Assembly: GCA_951406725.2 (NCBI GenBank)
Contig: OX597816.1
Location: 139,438,001 to 139,502,000 of the forward strand
Origin: Octopus vulgaris
Taxonomy: Eukaryota
Reading direction: 5' to 3'
DNA length: 64,000 nucleotides
The position numbers and the translations under genes are program-made. Position 1 is the stretch's first letter. The number at the start of each line of letters is the position of its first letter. A model generated the notes under the pieces. It saw nothing but the letters and a program-made list of their open reading frames with translations. It searched no databases and was not told the DNA's origin. Below, piece by piece: positions 1-13,459 of the stretch.

Positions 1-172
1 GACGAAGACGGGTGTATGAACAACGAGCAGGTGTATTAATTTGACGCTCGGGAAAGTGAGAAAGTCTTTTACGTTTCGAGCGTAAGCTCTTCAACAGAAA
101 GGAATAAGAGAAAATAAACAGAGAGAGAATAAAAAACAAAACTTGTGGATTTAGCGATCAAGCATGGCGACT
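1..172 (-). mobile_element. Penelope-like (PLE) terminal remnant, cut by window edge
   Basis: Homologous to 36535-36705, carries a minimal hammerhead-like motif, and abuts (TA)n. Confidence 0.55.
66..101 (-). ncRNA. Minimal type I hammerhead-like motif (variant core)
   Basis: Minus strand reads CUUU-CUGUUGA-A-GAGC-UUAC-GCUC-GAAAC-GUA-AAAG. Stem I is CUUU/AAAG, stem II is GAGC/GCUC, and A6 is replaced by U. Confidence 0.55.
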
Positions 173-553
173 GATATATATCCACGTCATGACTAATATA
201 TATTTATGGCATCCGTCAATATTATTTGAGTTTTGGTGGGTGTGGCCCAACCAACGGAGACATCATTGCTGCAATAGAATGAAGAGGCTGCGTATTTATG
301 AGTTAGCGGGGACTACATTTTTTATAACTTGGTCAGTCAACTTGATGTCTAAGATCCTCCCCTGAATGCGTTGAAAGAAAGTATTGAGACGTTTCTCTTG
401 TCTGGCGTAACAGTTCTTAGTCTTAATGCAATAAAGCAGTATTTTGGGAACAAAAACACAGTGAACTGTAACTTAGGTGGGTGCCGTTAATCTAGCTAAA
501 GTTGAAGGCACTCATTCAATACGCCTGGAGAAATATGCATGTAGGTATATGTA

Positions 554-1077
<524 letters not shown>

Positions 1078-1573
1078 TATATATGTGCGTATATAAATAT
1101 TGGAAGTCAACTCGTGACCAAGTATAACCGCTTCCTAAACTCAGTAACTTCATGCAAATGTTACGAGAATCGAAGAAGTTCCTGCATGTGAGTTTGTTTT
1201 GCGTGGATAAAGTGTTGCACAGCACCAAACCCACTTTCCACCGCAATCAGCTATAAAACCAATGGCACAACAGTGGTTGAGACGACCAGTTACCAAGGTG
1301 TACTTGAGGTATATCAAACGAGGTTTATCATACGAGTTTACCTTCTCCGAAAAGGAAGTTCTAACGAGATTTGAAGGTCATTAAACTCCCTATGGTTCAC
1401 ATGCTAGTTTACCCATAAATGATCCTAATAGGTGCTACAGGTCCGGATGAGGCTAGGCCTGACAACAACAGTGGTTAAGAGGTGGTTCTTCACTCCTCAA
1501 AACCTTGGAACTCCCGTACAAGGGCTCCACCACTGAATGCAGTTCAATCACACACACACACACATTTATGTAC

Positions 1574-1604
<31 letters not shown>

Positions 1605-1626
1605 TGTATGTATGTATGTATGTATG

Positions 1627-1669
<43 letters not shown>

Positions 1670-1680
1670 ATATCTATATA

Positions 1681-1730
<50 letters not shown>

Positions 1731-1782
1731 TAAATACATATGCGTGTACTTGTGTGCGTGTGCGTATGTGTGTGTGTATGCG

Positions 1783-2040
1783 TGGAGGCACGTGGCTTAG
1801 TGGTTAGGGTATTTTACACTCATAATCGTATGATCGTGATTTTGATTCGTTCACTGGACGATGTGTTGTAGTCTTGAGCAAAAAGAATTCCATTTCACGT
1901 TGCTCCATTCCACCCGGCCACCAAAAATGAGTACTCCTGCAATAGACTGGCGTCCCAGCCTGGAAAGGAATATGTACGGCTCACAGAATCCGAGAAACTT
2001 GCCTTATGAGCCTATGACTCGAGAAAGACCTTGGTCCTTT
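1783..2040 (+). mobile_element. tRNA-derived SINE (head related to family C)
   Basis: A-box-like TGGCTTAGTGG; TCTTGAGCAA and TTTCACGTTGCTCCA are shared with 28957 and 48240. Confidence 0.7.
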
Positions 2041-2094
<54 letters not shown>

Positions 2095-2097
<3 letters not shown>

Positions 2098-2501
2098 AGT
2101 GGCTGTGTGGTAAGTAGCTTCCTTACGGACCACATGTTTCCGAGTTCAGTCCCACTGCGTGACACCTTGGACAAGTGTCTTCTACTATAGCCTCGGGCCG
2201 ACCAAATCCTTGTGAGTGGATTTGGTAGACAGAAACTGAAAGAAGCCCGTCGTATATATGTATATATGTGTGTGTATGTGTGTGTATATGTTTGTGTGTC
2301 TGTGTTTGTCCTCCCAACATCGCTTGACAACTGATGCTGGTGTATTTACACCCCCGTAACTTAGCGGTTCGGCAAAAGACACCGATAGAATAAGTACAAG
2401 GCTTACAACGAATAAGTCCTGGGGGTCGATTTGAGCGACTAAACGCGATGCTCCAGCATGGTCACAGTCAAATGACTGAAAGAAGTAAAAGAGTAAAAGA
2501 G
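2095..2501 (+). mobile_element. SINE family A, near full length
   Basis: Reverse-complement homology to 554-1077 throughout; ends in GTAAAAGA repeats. Confidence 0.9.
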
Positions 2502-3419
2502 TATGTGTGTGTGTGTGTGTGCGTGTGTGTGTGTATGTATGTGTGTGTACATAGATACATATTCACACATATGTAAATGAATATTTGCATGTAGTATAAA
2601 AACTTGAGTGAAATAAGTGATAATTCAATATTGATTAATTACCATGCAGTTTGCATTATATTTAAGCGAAACAAATGTATTTTTTAAATTAAATTCATAA
2701 GCAGAAACATATTTTTCACTGCACACCTCATTGTAAATCTGTACTGACTGCACATTGTATTTTTCGACAGCTATATCTAAATAAGAAGAAATACAAATAA
2801 AATGTGAATGTAAAAATTAAGACTATTTGTTTCACCTCTTGCAAACAAAAACTTGTCAAGAAACACAAATTGTTGAAAATAGTTTAAAAAGTATATAATT
2901 CTCACATGTATACACAAATTAGCATTTGAAATAATTTTCTATTTGTATTATTTTCGTCATGTATTCATATATTTATGAGAAATGAAGAGAAAATTTGTAT
3001 ATTCTTAGCGTTGTATATTTAAGATGGCAGCTTGTCGGTTGTTTTACTTTGGACGAATTAGTTTCTTTCCAAGCTACTGCTTCTTGTATTCACTCGTCAC
3101 GTAGAAGCCAGTTTTCATTAATGTTCTGGCGATCGGCTGAATTAACATCGTCCTTCGCCAATTATCATCACTGCTAAATCATTTGAGCTATGAAAGAGAA
3201 AGCAGTAAACAGCACATCACTACGTAAAGTAACCGCGGGCGGAGAAGCTAATTCATTGTTCTAGTAACATGCAAATATCTAACATTAGCACAACGCCACA
3301 AATAAAGTACATAGATGTACAGTCTAGGAAACTAACCCTAGTATTTGCCTGTCCTTATGTTAAAGAACTCAAAAAGATAAAAGGAAAAGTTAGCATTTAC
3401 ACTTGAATGCAAATAGATA

Positions 3420-3780
3420 TCTATTATATAAAATCCGTTCTGCCTGTCTGTCTTCTAGGATCTCAGGCACCCTCCATCCGATTGCGCTCAAAATTGATAT
3501 GTAGATACCGGCGGTATCAGGGCGTGTATAAGTCTTGAAAGAATTGCAAAAAACGATTCCGGGTGAGAATGCGATCGATAAAGCCGTGGGAAATCGTTTT
3601 TCTTTGGAATAGAAAAAAAGTCTATCTTTATTTCTTCTTTTGCTGGTGTCTCAAATTTAGGTTAAATCAGTTTTTCTCAAAGGGGAGGCCTATGGGACGG
3701 TCAGACAAGCTGCTTTGAGAAAATTTGGTTTAAATGTTTGACAACTCAGCACCGTCCATTGGACGGGGGGCGTTTTGCTC

Positions 3781-3781
<1 letters not shown>
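3420..3781 (+). mobile_element. Non-autonomous Helitron (family H2)
   Basis: 5' A|TCTATTATATAAAA, subterminal hairpin CCGTCC-ATT-GGACGG (3752-3766), 3' CTCG|T, no TSD. Confidence 0.7.
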
Positions 3782-3831
<50 letters not shown>

Positions 3832-4019
3832 ACGCTGCAGGCTATTTCATTCGTTGTTCCACTGATTCGGTCATCCATGGCACTTTCTCTTTTAACATAA
3901 CAACCTCTATATCCTTTGATCCTGTATCATCATCGATAATTGCTCTTTTTTTCTTTTTTTATATAAGCACAAAGTAAGCAATTTTGAGGGAGGATGTTAA
4001 TCGATTCTATTTGTAACTC

Positions 4020-4195
4020 CCTCCTCTCAGATAAAATAAATCATCAGTACTTTACATGTGCTTTGTTGTATCACCCTCGAATGGATGAAAAGGAGAGTTT
4101 GGCCTCGGCGGAATTTGAACCCAGAAAGTTCGGAGTCTGAACAAAAGCCGCAAAGCATTTTGTCTGACTCTCTAACGGTTCTGCTTGCTCGCCAT
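4020..4195 (-). mobile_element. SINE family B, degraded
   Basis: GGATGAAA...CCTCGGCGGAATTTGAAC motif shared with other B copies. Confidence 0.7.
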
Positions 4196-4409
4196 CATTC
4201 ATTGTTCCATTAATTGTTCCCATAAATGACTTAGCATTTCCATTTCTCATTCTTACGCCGAGTATGTCTGTGTGTTTGTGCATGTGTGAGTGTGTGCGTG
4301 TGTGTGTGCACGTATTTACACTGTGTATGAAAGACATCTTTGCACTTCGTATTCTGTCTGCCTACCTCCGCCTTTTTGTCTCCTGTCTGTCTCTCTCTCT
4401 CTCTCTCTT

Positions 4410-4443
<34 letters not shown>

Positions 4444-4494
4444 GCCCGCACATATGCCGCACATATGCAAACACACACACATACACACACACAC

Positions 4495-4543
<49 letters not shown>

Positions 4544-5024
4544 GAAGCCCTAACGATTCTATCAAATCGACCCAAATGCTAATCTTTGTATCATTAAATT
4601 CTATAAAGCATTAGGCTTGATACACTACTGTTTGAGTTAAACTACTGTCTTTGCATTTATGAAATATTGCTTCCGGTTAGGACCCCTCTAACAATTACTT
4701 CTCAATCCACAAAAAGTTCAGGTTTTGTATCCACCCCCACCCACCAATACCTCACTAAACGTAGTAAAAAAAATATCTTTTTCAAACCTCTCGTTCTCTA
4801 ACCCTCCAGTCTCACCTCAATATGAACCGCCAGAAAGATAAGTGTATCTTCCCGTCTTTTCAATCGAATATTATCTTTTTGAGCGACTGCCTATTCTCAC
4901 CAAACAATTAATTTTTCTGTATCTACAAAAATATATCAAAAACTACAGTTTGTCCCGACCAGTCTCTGTGAGCCAACTATTGTGCAGACTGTTTACATTC
5001 ATTACTAATATTTCATGATTAAGA

Positions 5025-5225
5025 AAGGCGGCGAGCTGGCAGAATAGTTAACGCCGGGTAAAATGCTGGGCATTCCGTCCGTCTTTCCATTCTGAGTTCA
5101 GATTCCGCCGAGATCGACTTTGCCTTTCATCTTTTCGGGGTCCATAAAATAAGTACCAGTTGACCTCTGGAGTTCATATAATCCCCCGCCTCTGAACTTG
5201 CTGGCCTTGTGCCAAAATTTGAAAT
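5025..5225 (+). mobile_element. SINE family B
   Basis: AAGGCGGCGAGCTGGCAGAA head, GAGTTCAGATTCC B-box-like motif, TTTGCCTTTCATC core. Confidence 0.85.
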
Positions 5226-6084
5226 ATCTCATAAGTAAAAGAAAAAGTCGTAAACAATCACTTCGTGTATCATTTTTAGCACATTTCTCCTCTAAGTGAC
5301 CACCAATATGACTTACATTGGTACTTGCTCTACATATCAATTATCAATAAGTTCTCACCATTTATATTAGTAGAATGACTTCAGGAGTCATTTACAGCGT
5401 CCACACACTTCGTTTTGAACATTAACGACCTATTTGCTGTAACTTCTAAGATCTTGCAATTTAGGTAGTTGATACAACCCTTCACTCCTTTTAAGCAATC
5501 GGCATGTTGACGCATACTTCCAACCAAAATATCTTACAGTAGGCTTGATCTATGTAGTTGAAAAGAAACCTTGAAAATATCCTGCAAATGGACTGTTAAA
5601 AGAACGTGTACAATGCTCAAATAAGAATTATATTGGAGTATAGCTGACATATCTGGGACATTTCGGTCGATATAGGTACTAATATACTAGAACTACTGTA
5701 AAAGAGGTCTAGAACGTTACAGTAAAAGTTCACCCTTTAGTTCTTGTCTTCTAAAACACACAATTCCCGACTCTTAAAACGTATATTACAACAGCCTCTA
5801 CTTCTCTGCTGAAACTACTAACTTCATCACATATCATCAACACCTAATCATTCTCATATCGCCTCCGATGCGGAGCCTCATCCCGAAAAATCCCGGACTA
5901 AATCATTAATCAATCCTACCCCGCCTCACACACTCACCACCCCTCCTTGTTCACGTCAACACTACGCGCACGTATCACAAACACACGAGCGCTCGCATTC
6001 ACATGTATACATATTACGTAATGTGCATTATGTTGGCCAGCGGCACAATCATTAGCGCGCGGGGCAATATTCTTAGTGGCATTT

Positions 6085-6240
6085 ATTTATTTTTTTTTCG
6101 TTCTGATTTCAAATTCTGCCGAGGTTATATTTGTCTGTCAACATTCCGGTGTTGATAAAATAAAGTACAGCTGGGATACTGGGATGATGGCATCGACTAC
6201 TGCCTCTCCTGAAGAAATTTGGTGGCCTTGTGAAAACGTC
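6085..6240 (+). mobile_element. SINE family B, old fragment
   Basis: GTTCTGATTTCAAATTCTGCCGAGG and ATAAAATAAAGTAC match the B core. Confidence 0.55.
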
Positions 6241-7120
6241 GTTGAATTTTGCATTATATAATGGATATGACAAGATCGTAGTTATCATCAATGTCTACAT
6301 ATATAATATTTCATTCATCACCCAGAGGTTGTTGAAACGATTGTAAACCATGGAATAAATATACCAATAACTCCTTGCTAATCTTCACACAAATACGCAC
6401 ACTTACATGCAAACACATGAAAGCATATATATATATATAAATATATATAATTTATAAAAGATTTCTAATGCCAAAATATGCCGAAAATAGACATAACGTC
6501 AATAACCATGTATTTTATCACTACAAGCACGCGTTTCGAAGAAAGCCGACAGAAATTTCTAAAAAGTCCCGTTATTACCATATCGGACCCGATTTCAGAG
6601 TTTGTTCATAAGAACCTTTAAAAGTATTTTTTAATATAATATGCTGGCCATTGATAGAATTTTTTTTCTTAATTAGATATATATATATTTATATGTTTAT
6701 ATATTTATGTATGTATATATATATATATGTACATGTATGTATGTTTGTATATATATATGTACAATGTATGTATGTGTGCATATATACATGCATGTGTGTG
6801 TGAGTGTGTGTGCATGTATAAGTATGTGTGTCGCCTTAAATAGCTCCCTGGTGATGTGATGCTGTTTACATTGGCACTATTATCAGTCATGACTACTAGC
6901 GAAGGTCCGCTTGGTGTAGGAGATATTTTTAATCCGTTCTGAGCAGCTGTACGTTGGTAGTTAAAAGTGCTTCTATTTATAATCAGCTACTGATTTAGGT
7001 TGGAGGAATCGGTACAGTAGTAAAAGAATGCGTTCAAAAAGGAATTTTAAACGGACTGTATGTCTTATGTTGATGGCGTCACGAATGTATTCTATGTGTG
7101 TTCTGCTAGGGGTCCGCGAG

Positions 7121-7157
<37 letters not shown>

Positions 7158-7649
7158 ACTGGAAGTTCCGGCTACTTAAACCAGTGCATGCAGCTTAAAA
7201 TATTATATAAAAAGCCGCGTAATTGATGTAAATAAATATAGCTTGTATGCAACTACTTTACAGCTGTGTCTCATAAAAATATAAGATTTGTATTGAATTC
7301 TTGCATTCATTCATACTTATATATCTTAGGCATGCATTGCATGCCTTGCATTCGATTAACAAACACACACATACGTGTGTGTATATATGTGTATGTATGC
7401 ATGTAGGTATGTATGTGTAAAAGTTTCAAGCTTCGACTCCGCCCGGAAAAGCAACAGACTTTTGATTTGATGGTCACTGGTTTCAATATTTCTGCAGGCG
7501 CTTTACTAGTTTTCAACGTGATGCTATGAGTGAAATATGTACAACGGAAAAATTATAAGGGCAAGTGACAATGACAGACCACATCACAGTTTGAAATTGA
7601 GGTTTACAATTGAGGTTTACAAAACTACTGTCTTTGCATTTATGAAATA

Positions 7650-8097
7650 CTAGCAGCATAGCCCGGCATTACCCGGGTATATAAGAGCCCCTAGTAGGCA
7701 ACGACTAATCCCAATCTAGTCCTTTCCCTCTTGGGAACGAAGGCGCATGTGCAGGTTGCAATATCTTCTCTTCACTCGAATACTTCTGTGTATACGATGT
7801 TCCTAGCTGTCCCTTTGGGCGATAAAAAGGTCGAGTTGTGTCCCCTAGACAGAAAATGTGTTGCATATAAAAAGCTTAGATTCTCGACCCCATGTCGAAT
7901 TTATCGATCTTTTTCAGAACTGGGAGAACTTTTCAAAGTTTTCGCTGCGTTAGTTTTGAATTATGACATTGGGCTATGTGTGTGTCAAGTTTCACCAGAA
8001 TCGGTTGAAAGCCGTGGTCAGGGTGAGGGTACAACCTGACAACCTGACAGACACACAGACACACAGACAGACAAACTGCCGTTTATATATAGAGAGA
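7650..8097 (-). mobile_element. Non-autonomous Helitron (family H1), short copy, 448 bp
   Basis: Minus strand: A|TCTCTCTATATATAAA ... CCCGGGTAATGCCGGG hairpin ... CTAG|T. Inserted in AT with no TSD; homologous to 20654-21450. Confidence 0.9.
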
Positions 8098-8305
8098 TTG
8101 CTTCCTAACCTTTTCCCTCATTATTTTACTTTCGTTTATACCACTTCAATTACAATTCATTCAAATACATAACAGATTAATACCACAGTTCCTATGTATG
8201 TTAGTGTCGACCATACTTCTATGATTATCCAAGTGCAGATGAAGAAAAAAAAAACGTTTCGCAGGGACGGTATTTCGACATTTGTTCATTTCTTTCTCTT
8301 TATTA

Positions 8306-8531
8306 TTTTTACTCTTTTACCCTTTTACTTGTTTCAGTCATTTGACTGCGGCCATGCTGGAGCACCGCCTTTAGTCGAGAAAATTGACCCCAGGACTTAT
8401 TCTTTGGAAGCCTAGTACTTATTCTATCGGTCCCTTTGGCCGAACCGCTAAGTTACGAGGACGTAAACACACCAGCATCGGTTGTCAAGCGATGTTGGGT
8501 GGGGGCGACAAACACAGACACACAAGCATAT

Positions 8532-8584
<53 letters not shown>

Positions 8585-8818
8585 CATACATACATATACG
8601 ACGTATATATATATACATATATACGACGTATATATATACATATATACATATATACGACGGGCTTCTTTCAGTTTCCGTCTACCAAATCCAATCACAAGGC
8701 TTTGGTCGGCCCGAGGCTATAGTAAAATGCACTTGCCGAAGGTGACATGCAGTGGGACTGAACCCGGGACCATGTGCTTGGTTAGCAAGCTACTTACCAC
8801 ATGGCCACTCCTGCGCCT
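8306..8818 (-). mobile_element. SINE family A, full length
   Basis: Colinear with 554-1077. Confidence 0.9.
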
Positions 8819-8968
8819 ACATTTGTATAAACCTATTTAATCATTTTTTTAAAACATGCATGCGCGCACACAAACTCGAATGCACACACACGCACGCAGG
8901 CATATATATACATACATACATACATACACACGCACATTTATGATTGTACGTGTGGATATATATATATG

Positions 8969-9110
8969 TGCAACGGGCTTCGTTCAGTTTCCGTCGACCA
9001 AATCAACTCACAAGGGTTTTGGCGGCCTGAGCCGATAGTGGAAGACACTAGCCTGAGGCGCCACGCACTGGGACTGAATCTGGATCCATGTGGTCGGGGA
9101 ACAAGCTTCA
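8969..9110 (-). mobile_element. SINE family A, 5' part, diverged
   Basis: CAACGGGCTTCGTTCAGTTTCCGTC...TGGGACTGAA homology. Confidence 0.75.
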
Positions 9111-10222
9111 TGCACACGCAAATATATGTATACGCACACACACACACACACCCACGTGTGTGTGTGTGGATGGAGGCGGAGAAAGAGAGCATCTTTACAG
9201 CCGTTTATTTATTTAACTGTCTTCTCTGTGATCTCCTTCCATACCTGTTGTCAAGAAATATCTTTTTCGCCTGCCGGCGTTTTAATTCCGAGAAGCGGAA
9301 GCCTGCATGACACTTAGCGGAAGTATATATAACAAAAGATCAGTCTAATCATTCGGACAAAGTGAAGCTGGCGTCCGGTATGATATCAAATAGAGTGTAT
9401 ATTTCAAGAACCTATTATATAGCTATGCTTCCACGAGATCAAAAGAATAAGCGTGATTTGCTGACATTTCTGTTGAGTCGGTAGTCGGTTTGAAAAGATA
9501 CATCTTGTTTGAAGATTGTATAAAGTCAGTGGGTAAAACTCCCTCAGCCGCGCCAACCAACACTAATTGACAGCTCTCATTTGACAGCATCAACTTCAGA
9601 CAATTTAAAGGATGGATTGCTCCTCTTATCTTGATCCATCTTGCTAGACACTACTGTGTATGACTGACTGACTGACTTGTGTTGGAAGCGAGCGTGAAAA
9701 TAGAGCTCGTTTTGTTGCAAAACACACGCGAACACACACACATACACACACGTACGCATACATATAAACACACACATTCAACACATACATATGCGTTTGT
9801 GTGTGTGTGCTCGTGCGCGTGTGTTTGTATGTCTGTCTATGTATGTGTGTGCGTGTATGTGCGTTTGTGTGAGTGGCTGTGTATGTGCGTGTGTTCCTAT
9901 GGTAAATCGCAGTTGCTATTGCAAGGCCAACAATATGTAGTTGTTAGAGTTCTATGTACTCATTACTAAACTGTGGTGACCAAGTGGCGTGAATTCACTG
10001 AGGACCTCGGCTCTAAGGATTCTATGAACGAGAAAAGAGCAGAGCATAACATCAATAAATGAAGAAATCACACACACAAGCACGCACGCACACACATACA
10101 CATACACACTCACTCATTCACTCACACACACACAAACACACACACAAACACACTCACATACACACACATACAAACATGCATACCTGCGTGTGTGAGTATT
10201 CGGAGTGAGAGAGTGATAGAGG

Positions 10223-10278
<56 letters not shown>

Positions 10279-11332
10279 TGAACAATACTTCTACCTACCA
10301 AATTTATTCGTTAGTTCGGAACTTTAGAATAAATTTCCAAGGTGCTGTGTCTGATCTCTTTTCTGTGTTAGACGTTCCAAAATGCTGGAAAATGTACAGT
10401 GGAATTAAATGTACGTACATGTATAGCATCTTATTCATAAAATGATATGTGCAAATTGAGAGGAAACTAAAGTGTAAATTTTGAGATTTTACAGGCTTTC
10501 TCTCTTGTTTCTCCCTCTGAAGATATCAAGTTATCTAGTACTGGACTGTGAGAATATTCTAGTTTCTTAAGATTGAGATCATGTCACAAAGTGTTAATGG
10601 CATCTATCTGAATGTGTCTAATAGAAATTACAAACATACATTTCATACATACACTTTTATTTATCAAAACGATATATGTGATAATAAATAATTTAACACA
10701 ACATAAATAAATTGAATATAAATGTTTAACATATCACTCAGTTAGTTCGTTTATTTCTTTATCATTTCCATTATATACGAATTTATATCCTTATAGATGT
10801 TTCTGAAGCACTAAAAATCCGCTAAAACATTTCCCCGGTGTCTTCTTTATCGTTTCTCTGACTATCAAGCAATTTAACTAAAGCTCGGCATTGGTTGATG
10901 TTGGTTGGCTGATAACATATTGTAAACTTCCGGTAGGCTAACCTCATCTCGTGGGGGCACGGTTTCTGTTTAACAATCATAAAGCTGTCTTGAGTGTTTG
11001 GGTAGACTGTCGGCGATCATCACTATGATAGTCACAGCACAGGTGGTGGTGGGGGGGATAAAAACCGACAGACTGAAACGAAGATTCGAGGACGAAGGGG
11101 AAAAATAAACGTGAAGAATAACCACAAAGCACACACACACACACATATATATATATACACGCATTCGTATACATATGTACACGTACACACACACACACAT
11201 ACACACTCACACACACACACATTGACCCATGTATGTATGTGTGTATGTAAGTGTGTGAATGTGCGTACATATTATGTATGTACGTATGTATGTATGCATG
11301 TATATATATATATGTATGTATGTATGTATGTA

Positions 11333-11515
11333 TATGTCATTATTCAGTTTTATTTCAAGATTTCTTGCCAATAAAGAGCCGGTTTCTAACCAAGATCCAA
11401 GGCTCCTTCATGTCTGTCAGTTTGTATGTATGTATGTCATTATTCAGTTTTATTTCGAGATTTCATGCCAACAGAGAAAGAACCGGTTTCTAACCTAGAT
11501 CCAAGCCTCCTTCAT
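11333..11515. repeat. Two direct copies of a ~80-bp unit
   Basis: TATGTCATTATTCAGTTTTATTTC...CCGGTTTCTAACC...CTCCTTCAT at ~11333 and ~11433. Confidence 0.85.
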
Positions 11516-11616
11516 TGGCATTTCAACATCTATTGGGTATTTTTGAATGCATATGTGCTGGTTTGTATGTCTTGTTTTATGCATGTATTCTAATGCTTAT
11601 AGTTGCGTGTCTACAC

Positions 11617-12172
11617 TATGTATGTATATGTGTATGTATGTATGTATGTATGTATGTATGTATGTATGTATGTATGTATGTATGTATTTATGCATGTATG
11701 TATGTATGCATGTATGTATGTACGTACGTGCGCATGTATGTATGTACGTACATACGTATGCATGTATATATGTATGTATTTATGTATGTATGTATGTATG
11801 TATGTATGTATGTATGTACGTACGTATGTATGTACGTATGTATGTATGTATGTATGTATACATGTATGTATGTGTATATGTATGCATGTATGTACGTATG
11901 TGTATATGTATGTACGTACGTACGTATGTATGTATGTAGATATGTATGTATTTATGCGTATATGTATGTATGCATGTATGTATGTATGTATGTATGTATG
12001 TATGTATGTATGTATGTATGCAAGTATGTATGTATGTATGTATGTATGTATGTATGTATGTATGTATGCATGTATGTATGTATGTATGTATGTATGTATG
12101 TATGTATGTATGTATGTATGTATATATGTATATATGTATGTATGTATGTACGTATGTATGCAAGTAAGTATG
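11617..12172. repeat. Long (TATG)n microsatellite
   Basis: Directly visible, ~550 bp. Confidence 0.97.
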
Positions 12173-13459
12173 TTTCTTCTTTCGAATTTCATTTTTCTCT
12201 TTTTTTCCTTTGCAAGTTTCAACCAAGTCACTAACAAAATGTCGCGGTTCTCTTGTCTTATCACTTGGAGTTTGCAGTTATTTGGATTTAGATGATGTGT
12301 GCATATGTATGAGCATGTAGTGAAATCACATTTGTGTAGTGGTTGCACTTGTCACCTTTGTAACCATGTGTGTGTGCGTGTGTGTTTGTGTTTCAGTATC
12401 GTTTATGTGTGTGTGTGTGTGTGTGTGTGTTTCAGTATCGTTTATGTGTGTGTACATTTATTCAATTTATATTTGTGATGATGTACATATATTCAACATC
12501 AAATGGACATGTTTCTCAAATTTTTACTAAGCTTCTAAACGAATCTATTTAAGGAACCCTAATCAATTCATTCTGTTCTTGGGGGCGTTGGGGTGATGAA
12601 GACCCCAAAATTTAAAGTTTTTTTGATGATCTGTTGTTACGTAGTCCATTGCACCATTGATAATATCTTAGTTATTGTCTTCTTACGTAAACAGAAATAA
12701 TTAGAAATTTTTTACATTTCGGGATAAAATGTGCAAATAGCCTGGATATTAGAGCTGTAAATTTCTCAATATTATTTTACCTCAGTTTTTGACGAGACAT
12801 TCACTTCCACCGGATAGATGATCTCTTCAACATGCATGATTTTTGCTCCCTGTCCCTTACAACAATGTGTGACCAGTCGTGCATAAAAGGTTTTGCTGTT
12901 ATCACTGGAATATTCCTTCGGTCTTCTTAATTTTGGAAGGTGCGGTTACATTCTAGTATAGGTGTGGACAGCCACCAGAACAATTCTTCTTTGTGTTTTG
13001 TATAGTACGCGGTTTTAGCGAGAATCATATGCTTCTTAACAATGTAAAATTTTGCGAACATTTTGGGGCTATTGCCGATAATATGGGTGATACCTTAAGC
13101 ATCGGTATGGCGTAATCTACGTTCTTATCACAAAGTGGATGTCTAGAGATACCTTATCTCATATATTGCTCGGGTATTTACTAGCTATTTCTTGTTAATA
13201 GTGTCAATGCTGTTAGTATTCTGTAGCTTGCAGAATATACGTGCCCATGCAAGGTACGAAGAGTATTTGTTCTGCATGTCTCTGCTTAAGTCAGTTCAGC
13301 CATATGTATACATATAGATGCGTAGATATGCATGTACGTATGTATGCGATAGGGGTAGGGTGGAGTGGTTGATGTGGCCGTGGGTGGGGGTGGTGATATT
13401 TGTGTTGGTGTTGCTGGTGGTGATTGTGGCAGCGTTTGTGGTGGTGATGGTAATGAGGG

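Noticed and set aside
6520-6620. Another hammerhead (minus-strand GAAACGCGU)
   Set aside because: The stem III palindrome is present, but there is no convincing CUGANGA core or stem I.
11515-12348. Long ORFs ([12 protein letters not shown] types) here and throughout the window
   Set aside because: They are stop-free translations of di- and tetranucleotide microsatellites.
12545-13290. Decayed Penelope ORF (also 42690-43260)
   Set aside because: Strand-biased composition is suggestive, but I could not read a diagnostic motif; a translated HMM search is needed.
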